A stretch of 64,000 nt of DNA, taken from Eledone cirrhosa (Eukaryota). Shown piece by piece: positions 46,004 to 59,553 of this stretch. Below the pieces are notes generated by a model. It was not told where the DNA came from and did not search any database. It was given only the letters and a program-made list of their open reading frames with translations. The stretch spans positions 25,420,001-25,484,000 of the forward strand of contig OZ024760.1 in assembly GCA_964016885.1 (NCBI GenBank). Reading direction: 5' to 3'. Every line of letters begins with the position of its first letter. Position 1 is the first letter of the stretch. Both the position numbers and the translations under genes were made by a program.

Positions 46004-46005
<2 letters not shown>
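45678..46005 (-). mobile_element. Two partial copies of repeat family F separated by (TA)n
   Basis: Reverse complement of 53503-53640 and 20987-21075. Confidence 0.78.
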
Positions 46006-46065
<60 letters not shown>

Positions 46066-46117
46066 AATTAAGTCAAATATGTAAAATTTGGCTTAGTCTA
46101 TTATAAATTATAGATAT

Positions 46118-46172
46118 ACTGGTATATATATTTCGGTGACAGCGATCATTGACTGAGACCTCTTCAGGCAGT
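46118..46172 (-). ncRNA. Hammerhead motif with (AU)n stem III, one core-proximal mismatch
   Basis: ACUG-C-CUGAAGA-GGU..CAG..CUG..ACC-GAAA-UAUAUA-UA-C-CAGU. Confidence 0.55.
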
Positions 46173-46279
46173 CTGAATTGGTGTGGGAAAGACAGGTACA
46201 CATGTTGTTGAAGTGTGTTTTACTCCGTCAATACTCCGATATGTCCAGCTCCTGGTTGTTTTGTTATTTCTCTCAGGAA

Positions 46280-46329
<50 letters not shown>

Positions 46330-46484
46330 TATATATGTTAAGTATTTCCGAAGAAACAGCATAGGAAAAAAGAGTGCTCTGTGTATAATACAGAGCTGTT
46401 TAATTAGAATTAAACAGTAATTAAATCAATATAGCTAATCCAGTTATATCGTGTTGTTTACTTTCTAATTAAATATATTAATGA

Positions 46485-46700
46485 AGGCGTGTGGCTGAGT
46501 GGTTAGAGAATTGGATTCGCAATCGTAAGCTTGTGAGTTCGATTCCTGGACCAGGCGATGCGTTATGTCCTTGAGCAAGACACTTTATTTCACGTTGCTC
46601 CTACTACCTGGAGTTGCGACCGATAGATAGTATTAGCAATTGGAAAGACCAACGGAAACATTGTTCCCTCGGTCCGATTTGACGAAAGTCGATCGTTCCT
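46485..46700 (+). mobile_element. tRNA-derived CORE-like SINE
   Basis: Near-identical to 8312-8527. Confidence 0.87.
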
Positions 46701-46703
46701 ATG

Positions 46704-46789
<86 letters not shown>

Positions 46790-46974
46790 AAGAATATATA
46801 TATATGTAGCAATCATAAATATGAAGAGCAAATGGACAAAATGTTTTCTAATATTTTCTTCAAAGTTCCGACAATGCATTTTCGCACACTAGTATACATC
46901 CAGAGTGCAACTAAGATGCTCAGGGACCGTGAGATTTCGGTTTATCAAGATACTCCTCCTATATGTATAAGCAG

Positions 46975-47034
<60 letters not shown>

Positions 47035-47138
47035 AACTATTTCATTTGACGAACGAGCTGGACTTTTCTGTAAGGATCATCTATTTTCCCGAAACAGTTG
47101 GAAAGGAATAATTATATTGCGCTGATTATTATGTAATT

Positions 47139-47180
<42 letters not shown>

Positions 47181-47251
47181 ATATATAGAGATAGATAGGG
47201 AGATGGATGGATAGATAATGTATATATGTGTGTGTATATATATATATATAA

Positions 47252-47298
<47 letters not shown>

Positions 47299-47689
47299 TG
47301 CACACACGTACACACACACAAATAGTATACTCCTCTGGGGTTTAAAAATATTTGCCGCTGCACCTATCACGTGGTTGCGGCGCGAAATCCTTAGCCCGGC
47401 AGGCATACTTGTACCAATAATTACAGCTTCTTTCATGTATGGCGGGATCATCTGGTGACAATGGATCATCTGGTGACAATGTTGGACACCATGTTTCGGT
47501 ATTTCTCCTGGCTTCATCAGTGAAGTATAGTTTTCGTCTTACAACAGATAACCTAGTCGTTAATCATAAAATATCTATTTTTCATTTAGGTGTATGGAGA
47601 AGGACAAAGTCGTTTATACCCACCCGCAGTATATGACTGGTACTTTATTTTATTAATGAAAAGCAAAGATGACGTCGGCAAGATTTGAA

Positions 47690-47859
47690 ATGCATGGGCG
47701 GCTTCACTTTGAAGGACTTTGTGAAGTGGTCGGAGCACTAAAAAAAGTACATTGAAGTCAGAGGATCCCACTTTGAAAGAGGTAAGAGTTTCGTATTTAT
47801 TTGAAATTAATAAATGTCACTCCTGAGGAAGTCTCGAAACTTCCTGAATGCTCCTTGTA
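47690..47859 (+). mobile_element. Mariner transposase C-terminal remnant with probable 3' TIR
   Basis: Frame reads KDFVKWSEH*KKYIEVRGSHFE (mariner W..RW.KCI...G.YFE motif), ending ...ttcctgaatgctccttgTA. Confidence 0.55.
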
Positions 47860-47867
47860 CACTGTTG

Positions 47868-48198
47868 GCTTCTGGTTTAGGCAAAAGGCCAGCAAATTTA
47901 GGGGATTGGGAGGGCAAAGTTGATTAAAGTAACCCAAGTCATTACTAGTATTCCATTTTCTCACCCCTGAAAGGATGAAAGGCAAAGTTGATGTCGGCAA
48001 GATTTGGATTGTATATAAAATAACTGTTTCTTCTTTTGGCACAAGGCCAGCAATTACCCCAGTACATTATTGGTACTTAATTTTATCGACCCCGTAAGGA
48101 GGAATGGCAAAGTTAACCTTTGCGGGGTTTGAACTCAGCCCCTAAAAGGCCGTGATTCTATGCTACAAAGCATGGCGTCCGGCCCTCTGCCAATCCAC
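47868..48198 (-). mobile_element. Two Nin/Deu-type SINE copies
   Basis: aaggccagcaa...cccc.(t/a)aagga.gaa.ggcaaagtt. Confidence 0.75.
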
Positions 48199-48213
48199 AA
48201 ATTGTATATAAAA

Positions 48214-48797
48214 CTAGCAGTGGTACCCAGCGTTGCACGGGATAAGGTATTTTGTAACGCGGCCGCCAACAGACCTTATCATGGAAAGACTGCATGCCTG
48301 GGCAATATGTAAAGAAAATAAACCGAATACTCTGATGGCTGGACAATCTTTAAGAATTTCCTCGATGAAGCAGGAAAAATGCAGGTTTTCACCTAATGAG
48401 GGCCCTAGGGGTTCAAGAAAATGAATTATTTTTATGTGCATAAAACACCTTGAAATTTCAGGAAAATAGGCTAGACGTAACGCTTCAAAAAAGCCCTAAA
48501 AAGCTGGAAAAATGAAGTTTTTCACCTAGGCCATAAAAAAGTTGGATTTTCTTTGCTCGTGATATGAAGAAGAGACTGACTTATACATAGTTACAATTTC
48601 AAGGAAATCGGTCTGACGTAACGCCTAGGGGATCAAAAAGTTGAATATTTTTATGTGCATAACATCCCTGAAACATAAGTAATACACATGTAAAGGTTGA
48701 AAAAAATCGGTTGGGTACTTCTTGAGTTTTAGGGATTCAAACTCACAGACACACATACAGACAGACAGACAGACATCCTCAGTTTTATATATATAGA
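48214..48797 (-). mobile_element. Non-autonomous Helitron
   Basis: Minus strand starts a|TCTATATATATAAAA, has (GTCT)n near the 5' end, and ends with a GC hairpin CCCGTGCAACGCTGGG then CTAG|t. No TSD. Confidence 0.75.
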
Positions 48798-48919
48798 TAA
48801 CATCTTCTAATTTTGGCAGGAGACCAGCAATTTGAAGGGAAAGGAGAGAAAATTGAATAGATGGGTCCCGGGATATTACTGGTATGTTAATTTGACGGGT
48901 ATTACTGGTATGTTAATCT

Positions 48920-49122
48920 CTAGGGCGGGTAAAATTCCCGAGATCCATGGACGAGTTCTCTCCAGCGGTCTCTGTCCTTCATTATCGCTGCCATGTCCTG
49001 CTTCTCCAACAGACCAGTGTCTGTCCTTAGGGCATCAACATACGTTAACCTTGGTCTTGCTCTTCCAGTGTGTCCATGTAGGGGCTCCCACAGGAGCACT
49101 GAGTGCATTGTCAACTCTGGAT
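48920..49122 (-). mobile_element. RTE-clade LINE 3' end
   Basis: Highly similar to 28515-28717 (VLLWEPLHGHTGRARPRLTYVD). Confidence 0.85.
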
Positions 49123-49135
49123 GTATATATATATA

Positions 49136-51560
49136 TGGTGGTTTGGTGGTGTAGTGATATAGTGGTGTAGTGGTGTGGTGGTGTAATGGTGTGGGGGTGT
49201 GATGGTGTGGTGGTGTGATGGTGTGGTGGTGTGATGGGGAAGTGGTGTGGTTGTGTGGTGGTGGTGGTATAGTGGTGTGGTGGTGTAGTGGTATGGTGGT
49301 TTTGCGGTGGTGGTATAGTGGTATGGTGGTGTGGCGGTGGTGGTATAGTGGTGTGATGGGGTAGTGGTATGGTGGTGTGGCGGTGGTGGTATAGAGGTAT
49401 GGTGGTGTGGCGGTAGTCGTATAGTGGTGTAGTGGTATTGTGGTGGTAGTGGTATAGTGGTGTCGTGGTGTAGTGGTGTCCTGGTGTAGTGGTGTGGTGG
49501 TATGGTGGTGTGGCGGTGGTGGTATATTGGTGTGGTGGTGTTGTGGTGTAGTGGTGTGATGGTGTAGTGGTGTGATTGTGTGGTGGTGTAGTGGTATGGT
49601 GGTATGGTTGTGCGGTGGTGGAGTGGTCGGGGGTGTAGTGTTGTGGTGGTGTAGTGATGAAGTTGTAAGGTGGTATGGTGGTGGTGGTATAGTGGTGTGG
49701 TTGTGTGGTGGTGTAGTGGTGTGGTTGTGTGGTGGTGTAGTGGTATGGTGGTGGTATAGTGGTGTGGAGGTGTAGTGGTATGGTGGTGTGGAGGTGTAGT
49801 GGTATGGTGGTGTGGCGATGGTGGTGTGGTGGTGTAGTGGTATGGTGGTGTGGTGGTGTAGTGGTATGGTGTGTGGTGGTATGGTGGGGGAGAATACGAA
49901 GGAAGCAATCCGAGATATGAAAGTTGTAAGGAGGGCGGGCTGTGAACATGAGTCTTTTACAGATATTTGTTTACAATGGTGGTGGGGGTGGTGATGGTTG
50001 GTGGTGATGGTGGTGGTGGTGGTGGTGGTAGTGGTGGTGGTGGTGATGGTTGGTGGAGGTGGTGCTGGTCATGGTTGGTGGCGGTGGTGATGGTTGGTGG
50101 TGGTGGTGGTGGAAGTGGTGATGGGGGTGGTGGGGGTGGGGGTGCTGCTGGTTGGTGGGGGTGGTGATGGTTGGTGGTGTTGGTGGAGGTTGTGGCGGTG
50201 CTGGTGGTAGTGGTGATGGTCGGTGGTGGCCGTGGGGGATGTAGTGGTGGTGGTAGTGTTGGTGGTGGTGGTGTTGGTTGGTGGTGGTGGTGATGGTTGT
50301 GGTTGTGGTGGTGCTGGTGGTCGTGGTGATGGTTGGTGGCGGCTGTGGGGGATGTAGTAGTGGTGGTGGTGGTGGTGGTAGTGTTGGTGGTGGTGGTGTT
50401 GGTTGGTGGTGGTGGTGGTGGTGGTTGTGGTGGTGCTGATGATGGTTGGTGGCGGCTGTGGAGGATGTAATGGTGGTGGTGGTGGTGGTAGTGTTGGTGG
50501 TGGTGGTGTTGGTTGGTGGTGGTGGTGATGGTTGGTGGTGGTAGTAGTGGTGTTGGTCGGTGGTGGTGGTGATGGTTGGTGGTGGTAGTAGTGGTGTTGG
50601 TCGGTGGTGGTGGTGGTTGGGGTAATGGCGGTAATTCTTGGAGGTGGGGGCGATTGTTACTGGTGGCTGTGGTTGCTGGTGGTGTTGGTGGTTGTAGGGG
50701 GGAGAATAATTGCAGTTCCATAGACTGAGTGTCTGTTATGGAATTGGATAGGGTGGGGAGGGTGGTGTGGGTCGGTGTAGGGTAGGGTGTGGGTGGGGGG
50801 GGGGGGGGGGGGGGGTAAGAAGCGGACACTGTGGTGTGTAAGTGGAGGTGGTCGATGGTGGTGGTGGTGGAGCTTGTGATGGTGGTGGTTGGTTATCGTA
50901 GAGGTGGGGTGGTTGGTCTTGGTGGTGGTTTTTGGTTATGGTGGCGCTGCTGGTGGTGGTGGTGGCGCTGCTGGTGGTGGTGTTTGGTTATGGCGCTGGT
51001 GGTGGTGGTTGGGGGGGGGGGGGGGGGGGGGTGGCGATGGTGGTGGTGGTGGTGGTCGGTAATGGTGGTGGTGGTGGTGGCGCTGGATTGTTGTGGTGAC
51101 GGTGGTTGGTTGTGGTGGTGGCGCTGGTGATGATGGTGGTGGTGGTGCTGGTGGTGGTGGCGCTGGTGGTGGTGGTGTTTGGTTATGGTGGTGGTTGGTT
51201 GTGGTGGTGGCGTTGGTGGTGGTGGTGGTGGTTGGTTGTGGTGGGGTGGTTGTGGTGGTGGTGGTGGTGGTTGGTTATGGTGGTGGCGCTGGTGGTGGTG
51301 GTGGTTGGTGTTAGTGGTGGTTGTTGTGGTGGTGGTGGTGGTGGTGGTGGTGGTTGGTTATGGTGGTGGCGCTGGTGGTGATGGTGGGTGGTTGTGGTGG
51401 TGGTGGGTGGTTGGTTGTGTTGGTGGCGCTGGTGATGGTGGTGGTGGTGGTTGTGATGGTGGTGCTGGTGGTGGTTGGTTATGGTGGTAGTGGTGGTGGT
51501 TGGTTGTGGTGGGGGGGGGGGGGGGGCTGCTGGTGGAGATGTTTGGATGTGGTGTTGGTA
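49136..51560. repeat. (GGT/GTAGTG)n low-complexity tract
   Basis: Direct reading. Confidence 0.9.
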
Positions 51561-51585
51561 TGTTGGTTAAGCGGTTGTGAGGTAA

Positions 51586-51616
<31 letters not shown>

Positions 51617-51724
51617 ATAGATGTAATAGAGAGTGAAAATAGAGAGAGCGTGGAGGGAATAGAGACAAAGAGGTGTTGTATAGAATGGAGAAAGGTGGGG
51701 TGGATATTTAGGTGATGTGAGATA

Positions 51725-52250
51725 TAGAACGAGAGGGGGGGGAGAGAGAGCGTGAGTGATGGGTAGAGAAAAAGAGAGAAAACGAGAGGGAGGGGGCAGA
51801 GAGAGGGTGTGTGTGATGGGTAGAGACAAAGAGAGAAAACGAGAGAGAGAGGGGGAAAGAGAGGTGTGAGTGATGGGTAGAGAGATAGAGAGAAAATAAG
51901 AGAGGGGGAAGAAAGATGGTGTGAGTGATGGGTAGAGAAAACGAGAGAGATAGAGGGGCAAGGGAGAGGGTGTGAGAGATGGGTAGAGAGAAAACGAGAG
52001 AGAGGGGGAAGAGAGAGCGTGAGTGATGGGTAGAGAGAAAGAGAGAAAACGAGAGAGTGGGGGGCAAGAGAGAGGGGGAAGAGAGAGCGTGAGTGATGGG
52101 TAGAGAGAAAGAGAGAAAACGAGAGAGTGGGGGGCAAGAGAGAGGGGGAAGAGAGAGCGTGAGTGATGGGTAGAGAGAAAGAGAGAAAACGAGAGAGAGA
52201 GGGGCAAGAGAGAGAGCGTGTGTGATGGGTAGAGAGAGAGACAGAGAGGG
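51725..52250. repeat. Purine-rich minisatellite, ~60-70 bp unit
   Basis: gagtgatgggtagagag at 52021, 52091 and 52161, plus degenerate upstream copies. Confidence 0.85.
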
Positions 52251-52331
52251 GAGTCCAGAATGTTGAGGAGGAGGGGGGTGTAGATAATAAAATATTAACA
52301 ACAACAACAATAACAACAATAACGGTAATAA

Positions 52332-52497
52332 CAATTGTTTCTACATTTGGCACAAGGCCAGCAAAAACCCCCCAGTGTATTACTGGTATTTTATTTTATC
52401 GACCTCGTAAGCATGAAACGCAAAGGTAACCTAGGCGGGATTTGAACTCAGAACGTAAACGGTCATAGCTCTATGCTGCAAAGAATGGTGTCTGACG
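52332..52497 (-). mobile_element. Nin/Deu-type SINE
   Basis: Reverse complement of the 12231 unit. Confidence 0.78.
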
Positions 52498-52604
52498 AGG
52501 CACAGGGCCAACAAAGGGGCCAGTTGATTAAAACGAGCCCAGTCGTGGTTTGTACTTTATTTATCGACCTTTTGTCGAATCAGTGAGATTAATAAGAAAA
52601 ATAT

Positions 52605-53275
52605 GAACAATAACATCAACAACAACAATATAACAACCACAACAACAACAATATTAACAATATAACAACAACAACAATATTAATAACATAACAACATCAA
52701 CAACAACAATATTATAACATTAGTATCAACAACAAAAATATGGACAACAATTACAACAACAGCAACAATAACAACAATAACAACAACAGCAACAATAACA
52801 ACAACAATAACAACAATAACAACAGCAACAACAACAACAACAATAACAACAACAGCAACAATAACAACAGCAACAACAACAACAATAACAAAAATAACAA
52901 CAGCAACAACAGCAACAATAACAAAAATAACAACAACAGCAACAATAACAACAGCAACGACAACAACAACAACGACAACAACAATAACAACGACAATAAC
53001 AACAATAACAACAACAATAACAACAACAGTAACAATAACAACAAAAGCAACAATAACAACAACAACAACAATAATAACAGCAACAATAACACCAGCAACA
53101 ACATCAAATAACGACAATAACAACAACAACAATAACAACAACAGCAACAATAACAACAATAACAACAACAGTAACAATAACAACAAAAGCAGCAACAACA
53201 ATAACAACAATAACAACAATAACAACAACAGCAACAATAACAGCATATATAACAACAACAACAACAGCAATAACG
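52605..53275. repeat. (AAC/AAT)n microsatellite
   Basis: Direct reading. Confidence 0.95.
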
Positions 53276-53453
53276 ACGAAAGAAGAAAAACTGTCTTTTG
53301 TCCTGTTGCTATGGATGCTTCAGTAGCTTAGCAACAGTGGAGTTCTCGTCGTTCCAGATATGACCACCACGTTGTATTTCAAACATTCAAGCATAACACC
53401 TTTTCTTTCTCAAATCTGCCACATACTTTATCGAACTATATATATCGAACTAC

Positions 53454-53486
<33 letters not shown>

Positions 53487-53502
53487 TAAATATATGTATA
53501 TA

Positions 53503-53702
53503 TAACGAAGGAAATGTGGTAAGGAACCAGGTGGACCATAACGCACCAAAGTACTCAATACTTAGGGTAGTAGAGTGGGTAATAGGAACGAGTAGGACCC
53601 CGACGGCTGAGCTCAAGCCGTTTCGGCGGCTAATTCTTGACTAATTTAGTCCAGAATCAGCCGTCGAAACGGCTTGAGCTCAGCCGTCGAGGTCCTACTC
53701 GT

Positions 53703-53708
<6 letters not shown>
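53503..53708 (+). mobile_element. Repeat family F with ~60 bp-arm terminal palindrome
   Basis: aacgagtaggaccccgacggctgagctcaagccgtttcggcggctaattc / gaatcagccgtcgaaacggcttgagctcagccgtcgaggtcctactcgtt. Confidence 0.85.
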
Positions 53709-53755
<47 letters not shown>

Positions 53756-53829
53756 TATATATGTATATATATATATATGTATATATATGCATATATATGT
53801 ATATATATATATATGTATATATATGCATA

Positions 53830-53926
<97 letters not shown>

Positions 53927-53939
53927 GTATATATATATA

Positions 53940-54740
53940 TTTCGTTTCTGAATTTGTTTAGCAAGATTCTTTATCTGAAATCGTGTGTTGAAACCGATAT
54001 TGTTATACTTTGGGAGGGTCATGTTGCCAATAAGAAACACACGCACTAGTTGTTTCACTTCAATTTATTATATATTTATAAATTTATAAATTTACAAATC
54101 TACAAACTTATAAATTTCTGGTTGGTTGGTTGGTTCCACAACCAGATAGTTGTTTATATATAGTCATAGTCCTTTCGTCACACACTCTGTGACCTCTTCA
54201 GTGACTGGGGATTCCTTTCTTTGTTTCTGTGCCTTTCCTTTCTTCTGTCCTACGCCATTTTGTTTCTGTGTGTGTGTTGTGTGCTCAGTTTGCGCATGCG
54301 CCACATCCGGGTGCCTGTGTGTGTTTGTGTTCATTTATCTATTTGTTTATTTATTTACATGTTGTTGGTTGGTTGTTTGTTGTATGTGTGTGTGTGTTTT
54401 CATTTTGTCCTTAATTGTAAGTTGTGATGTTGCTGTTCCACTCATATTTTCTATTTAATTTTGGTTGTAATTCTTTTATGCTTACTGCCTCTGTAATTTG
54501 CCTAAACATTGCATCTTTTCTGTGTGTGGATTCTATTTTTATTTCTATGTTCTCTAATTTACCCTTGTGTTCTATCTTAGGATGTTGGTAGAGTACAGAT
54601 GATTCTTTATTATCTTGAAGGTCTCGCCAGTGTTCATTTATCCGTTCCCCTATACTACGAGCTGTCTCACCTATGTACACTATATTTTTATTTCTACATT
54701 GTCCTTCAGTACATCTTATGCTATACACTACATTTCTAGC
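53940..54740 (-). mobile_element. 5'-truncated PLE copy (GIY-YIG end, pseudo-LTR, HHR at 54162-54206)
   Basis: Near-identical to 1508-2330. [25 protein letters not shown]. Confidence 0.92.
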
Positions 54741-54766
54741 TGTGGTTATATGTATATGGTTATATG

Positions 54767-54821
<55 letters not shown>

Positions 54822-54894
54822 GTATATATATATATGTATATATACATATATATGTATATGTATATATATATATATGTATATATATATATGTATG

Positions 54895-54925
<31 letters not shown>

Positions 54926-54952
54926 GTATATATATATGTATATATATATATG

Positions 54953-56305
<1,353 letters not shown>

Positions 56306-56344
56306 TATATGTATATATATATATATATATAAAAACATGAGAAG

Positions 56345-56780
56345 AAAGAAGAATACTGCGTGGTTGCATATAGGTTACATATGATGAAAATAGTCCTTCG
56401 TCAGTGATTTTCCAACCATCATTGGTATTTCATCGCATTAAAAATCATATACCTCAGGTTGGCGCGAGAAATAACTAAAAAAAGTTATTGGGACCAGTAA
56501 ATCGCGTAAAGCGAGGGGGACAAGTGAACAACATAGAAGGATAAAAGCAAACCAAAGAAAGGAAATAAACAAGCAACATGGTAGTCCTGGTCAGCATAAG
56601 CTGGGTGGATTTCATGAGCGAAAGGTACAGACACGTCCAGCGTGAGTGGGATGTAAGCAAGAAGCGGCCCACTGTTAGCCAAATGGGAGAAGGGGAGAAA
56701 CAGAGAGTGAGCGAGTGGAAGTGCGAGGAAGCGGTCAGTCGAGAGAAAGTATAACTGACAGAGGGGGCGAAAGAAGGTGA
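56345..56780 (-). mobile_element. Repeat family P, copy E
   Basis: Homologous to 16395-16680. Confidence 0.8.
56393..56462 (-). ncRNA. Candidate non-circularly permuted hammerhead with k-turn, copy E (best match to model)
   Basis: CCAAC-CUGA-GGUAU-A-UGAUUUU-UAAUGCGAU-GAA-AUACC-AAU-GAUG-GUUGG-AAAAUCA-CUGACGA-AGGAC. Confidence 0.68.
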
Positions 56781-56787
56781 GATATAC

Positions 56788-56818
<31 letters not shown>

Positions 56819-56900
56819 CACACACATATATATATACTCATATATATATATACACACATATATATATGTATTTATTTATATATATATATATATTTAGTGA

Positions 56901-56968
56901 AGGCGTGTGGCTGAGTGGTTAGAGAATTGGATTCAGAATCATGAGGTTGGGAGTTCGATTCCTGAACC
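56901..56968 (+). mobile_element. tRNA head of CORE-like SINE (truncated)
   Basis: ggcgtgtggctgagtggttagagaattggattc...gagttcgattcctg. Confidence 0.8.
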
Positions 56969-57357
56969 TGCGGTTGGCAAGCTCAGCGCCTATGTTGGTA
57001 AGTAGGGAGTTAGCCATAGAGCACAGAACACCAGAAGTCCCCACTTCTACGAGTAGCCAACTCAAGGCCTAAGGTAGTGGATGGGAGGTGGTCCTAGGGC
57101 CCAGGTCACCAGATGTCTCCACTGCGACGGGTAACCAGTTCAGCGCCTATGGTGGTGAGTATGAGGTGGTCCTAGGACCAAGGACACCAGAAGTCTCCAC
57201 TGCGGCGGGTAACCAGTTCAGCGCCTATGGTGGTGAGTATGATGGTGGTCCTAGGGCCAAGGACACCAGAAGTCTCCACTGCGGCGGGTAACCAGTTCAG
57301 CGCCTATGGTGGTGAGTATGATGGTGGTCCTAGGGCCAAGGACACCAGAAGTCTCCA
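56969..57357. repeat. GC-rich 78-79 bp tandem repeat (~3.5 conserved plus ~1.5 diverged units)
   Basis: ggtggtcctagg at 57087, 57165, 57244 and 57323. Confidence 0.9.
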
Positions 57358-57599
57358 TTTGTCATTAATGTGGGAGTTAGTGTGGTGGTTATTGGTGTTG
57401 ATGTTGTTTTTGTTGTTGTTGTTGTTACTGTTGTTGTTACAGCTGATATTGTAGTTAATATTAATGTTATCCTTGTTGTTGTTCCTATTGTTGTTGTTAG
57501 TAGGATTCTTGATATTGTGAGGACGTTTGTTTTGTAGTTAGAACGAGTGTTGTTTTTAGTACATTTGTCATTAATGTGTGAGATACTGTGGTGGTTATT

Positions 57600-58773
57600 G
57601 GTGTTGATGTTGTTGTTGTTGTTACTGTTGTTACTGTTGTTGTTACTGTTGTTGTTACTGTTGTTGTTACTGTTGTTTTTACTGCTTTATTACTGTTGGT
57701 GATGTTACAGTTGTTCGTGTTGTTGTTACTGTAGTTGTTGTTGTTTCAGTTGTTGTTGTTGTTGTTGTTACTGGTGTTGTTGTTACTGTTGTTGTTACTG
57801 TTGTTGTTGTTGTTACTGTTGTTGTTACTGTTGTTGCTGTTGTTACTGTTGCTGTTGTTACTGTTGTTGTTACTGTTGTTGTTACTGTTGTTGTTACTGT
57901 TGTTGTTACTGTTGTTGTTGTTACTGTTGTTGCTGTTGTTGTTACTGTTGTTGTTAATGTTGTTACTATTGTTGTTGTTACTGTTGTTATTGTTTCTGTT
58001 GTTGTTGTTGTTGTTACTGGTGTTGTTGTTACTGTTGCTGTTACTGTTGTTGTTGTTACTGCTTTTGTTACTGTTGTTGTTACTGTTGTTGCTGTTACTG
58101 TTTTTGTTACTGTTGTTGTTTTTACTGTTGTTTTTGTTGCTGTTGTTGTTGTTGTTACTGTTGTTGTTGTTGTTGTTTTTGTTGTTACTGTTGTTGTTGT
58201 TGTTGTTGTTACTGTTGTTGTTGTCACTGTTGTTGTTGTTGCATTTTCTGTTGTTGTTGTTGTTGCAGCTACTGTTGTTGTTACTGTTGTTGTTGTTTCT
58301 ATTCTACCCACCACGGGGTCGATAAAATAAAGTACCAGTAATACACTGTGATAATTGCCGGCCTTGTGCCAAAAGCAGAAACAATTATTACCATCTGTCT
58401 ACCGTCTGCCTTAACGACAGCCACATCTTAATCTACTGTCACCTTACCACTACCACCACTACCACTACCACCACTACTACTACCACCACAACTACCACTA
58501 CTACTTCTATTACTACTACACATGCTGCTGCTACTACTATTACAGCCACAACTGCTGCTACTGCTACTGCTATAACTCTGTCTACTGCTGCTGCTGTTGT
58601 CACCACTGTCGTTGGTTTGACATTGTCAACTGCCTCCTACTCCTCCTCTTGATATACTACTGCTGCTACTACTACCACTACTACTACTGCTGCTGTTGCT
58701 GGTACTACTACCACTACTGCTGTTGCTACTACAACTACTTCTACTACCACTACTACCACTACGACTGCTGCTT

Positions 58774-58818
<45 letters not shown>

Positions 58819-58947
58819 TTACTACTACCACTACTACTACTACCACTACTGCTGCTGCTACTGCTGCTGTTGCTGATACTACTACCACTACTGCTGTTGC
58901 TACTACAACTACTTCTACTACCACTACTACCACTACGACTGCTGCTT

Positions 58948-58980
<33 letters not shown>

Positions 58981-59031
58981 TTACTACTACCACTACTACT
59001 ACTACCACTACTGCTGCTGCTACTGCTGCTT

Positions 59032-59086
<55 letters not shown>

Positions 59087-59205
59087 CACTACTACTACTA
59101 CCACTACTGCTGCTGCTACTGCTGCTGTTGCTGATACTACTACCACTACTGCTGTTGCTACTACAACTACTTCTACTACCACTACTACCACTACGACTGC
59201 TGCTT

Positions 59206-59238
<33 letters not shown>

Positions 59239-59520
59239 TTACTACTACTACTACTACTACTACTATTACTACTACTGCTGTTACTACAACTGCTGATGCT
59301 ACTACTACTACTACAACTACTACTACTATTACTACTACTGTTACTACTACTGCTGTTACTACAACTGCTGATGCTACTAGTTCTACTACTACTACTACTA
59401 CTATTACTACTACCACTACTACTACTACCACTACTGCTGCTGTTGTTGATACTACTACCACTACTGTTGTTGCTTCTACAACTACTTCTACTACCGGTAC
59501 TACCACTACTGCTGCTGCTT

Positions 59521-59553
<33 letters not shown>

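Noticed and set aside
47488-47526. Minus-strand CUGAUGA...GAAACAU motif
   Set aside because: No NUH triplet or matching stems.
47775-47790. Splice donor AG|GTAAGA suggesting a host exon
   Set aside because: The upstream frame is better explained as a mariner transposase C-terminus with a stop codon.
56393-56462. Box C/D snoRNA or SECIS reading of family P
   Set aside because: The paired D-like CUGA lies 5' of the C-like box, no selenoprotein ORF is adjacent, and the motif sits in a dispersed repeat. The hammerhead core strands explain the conservation better, though these readings are not formally excluded.
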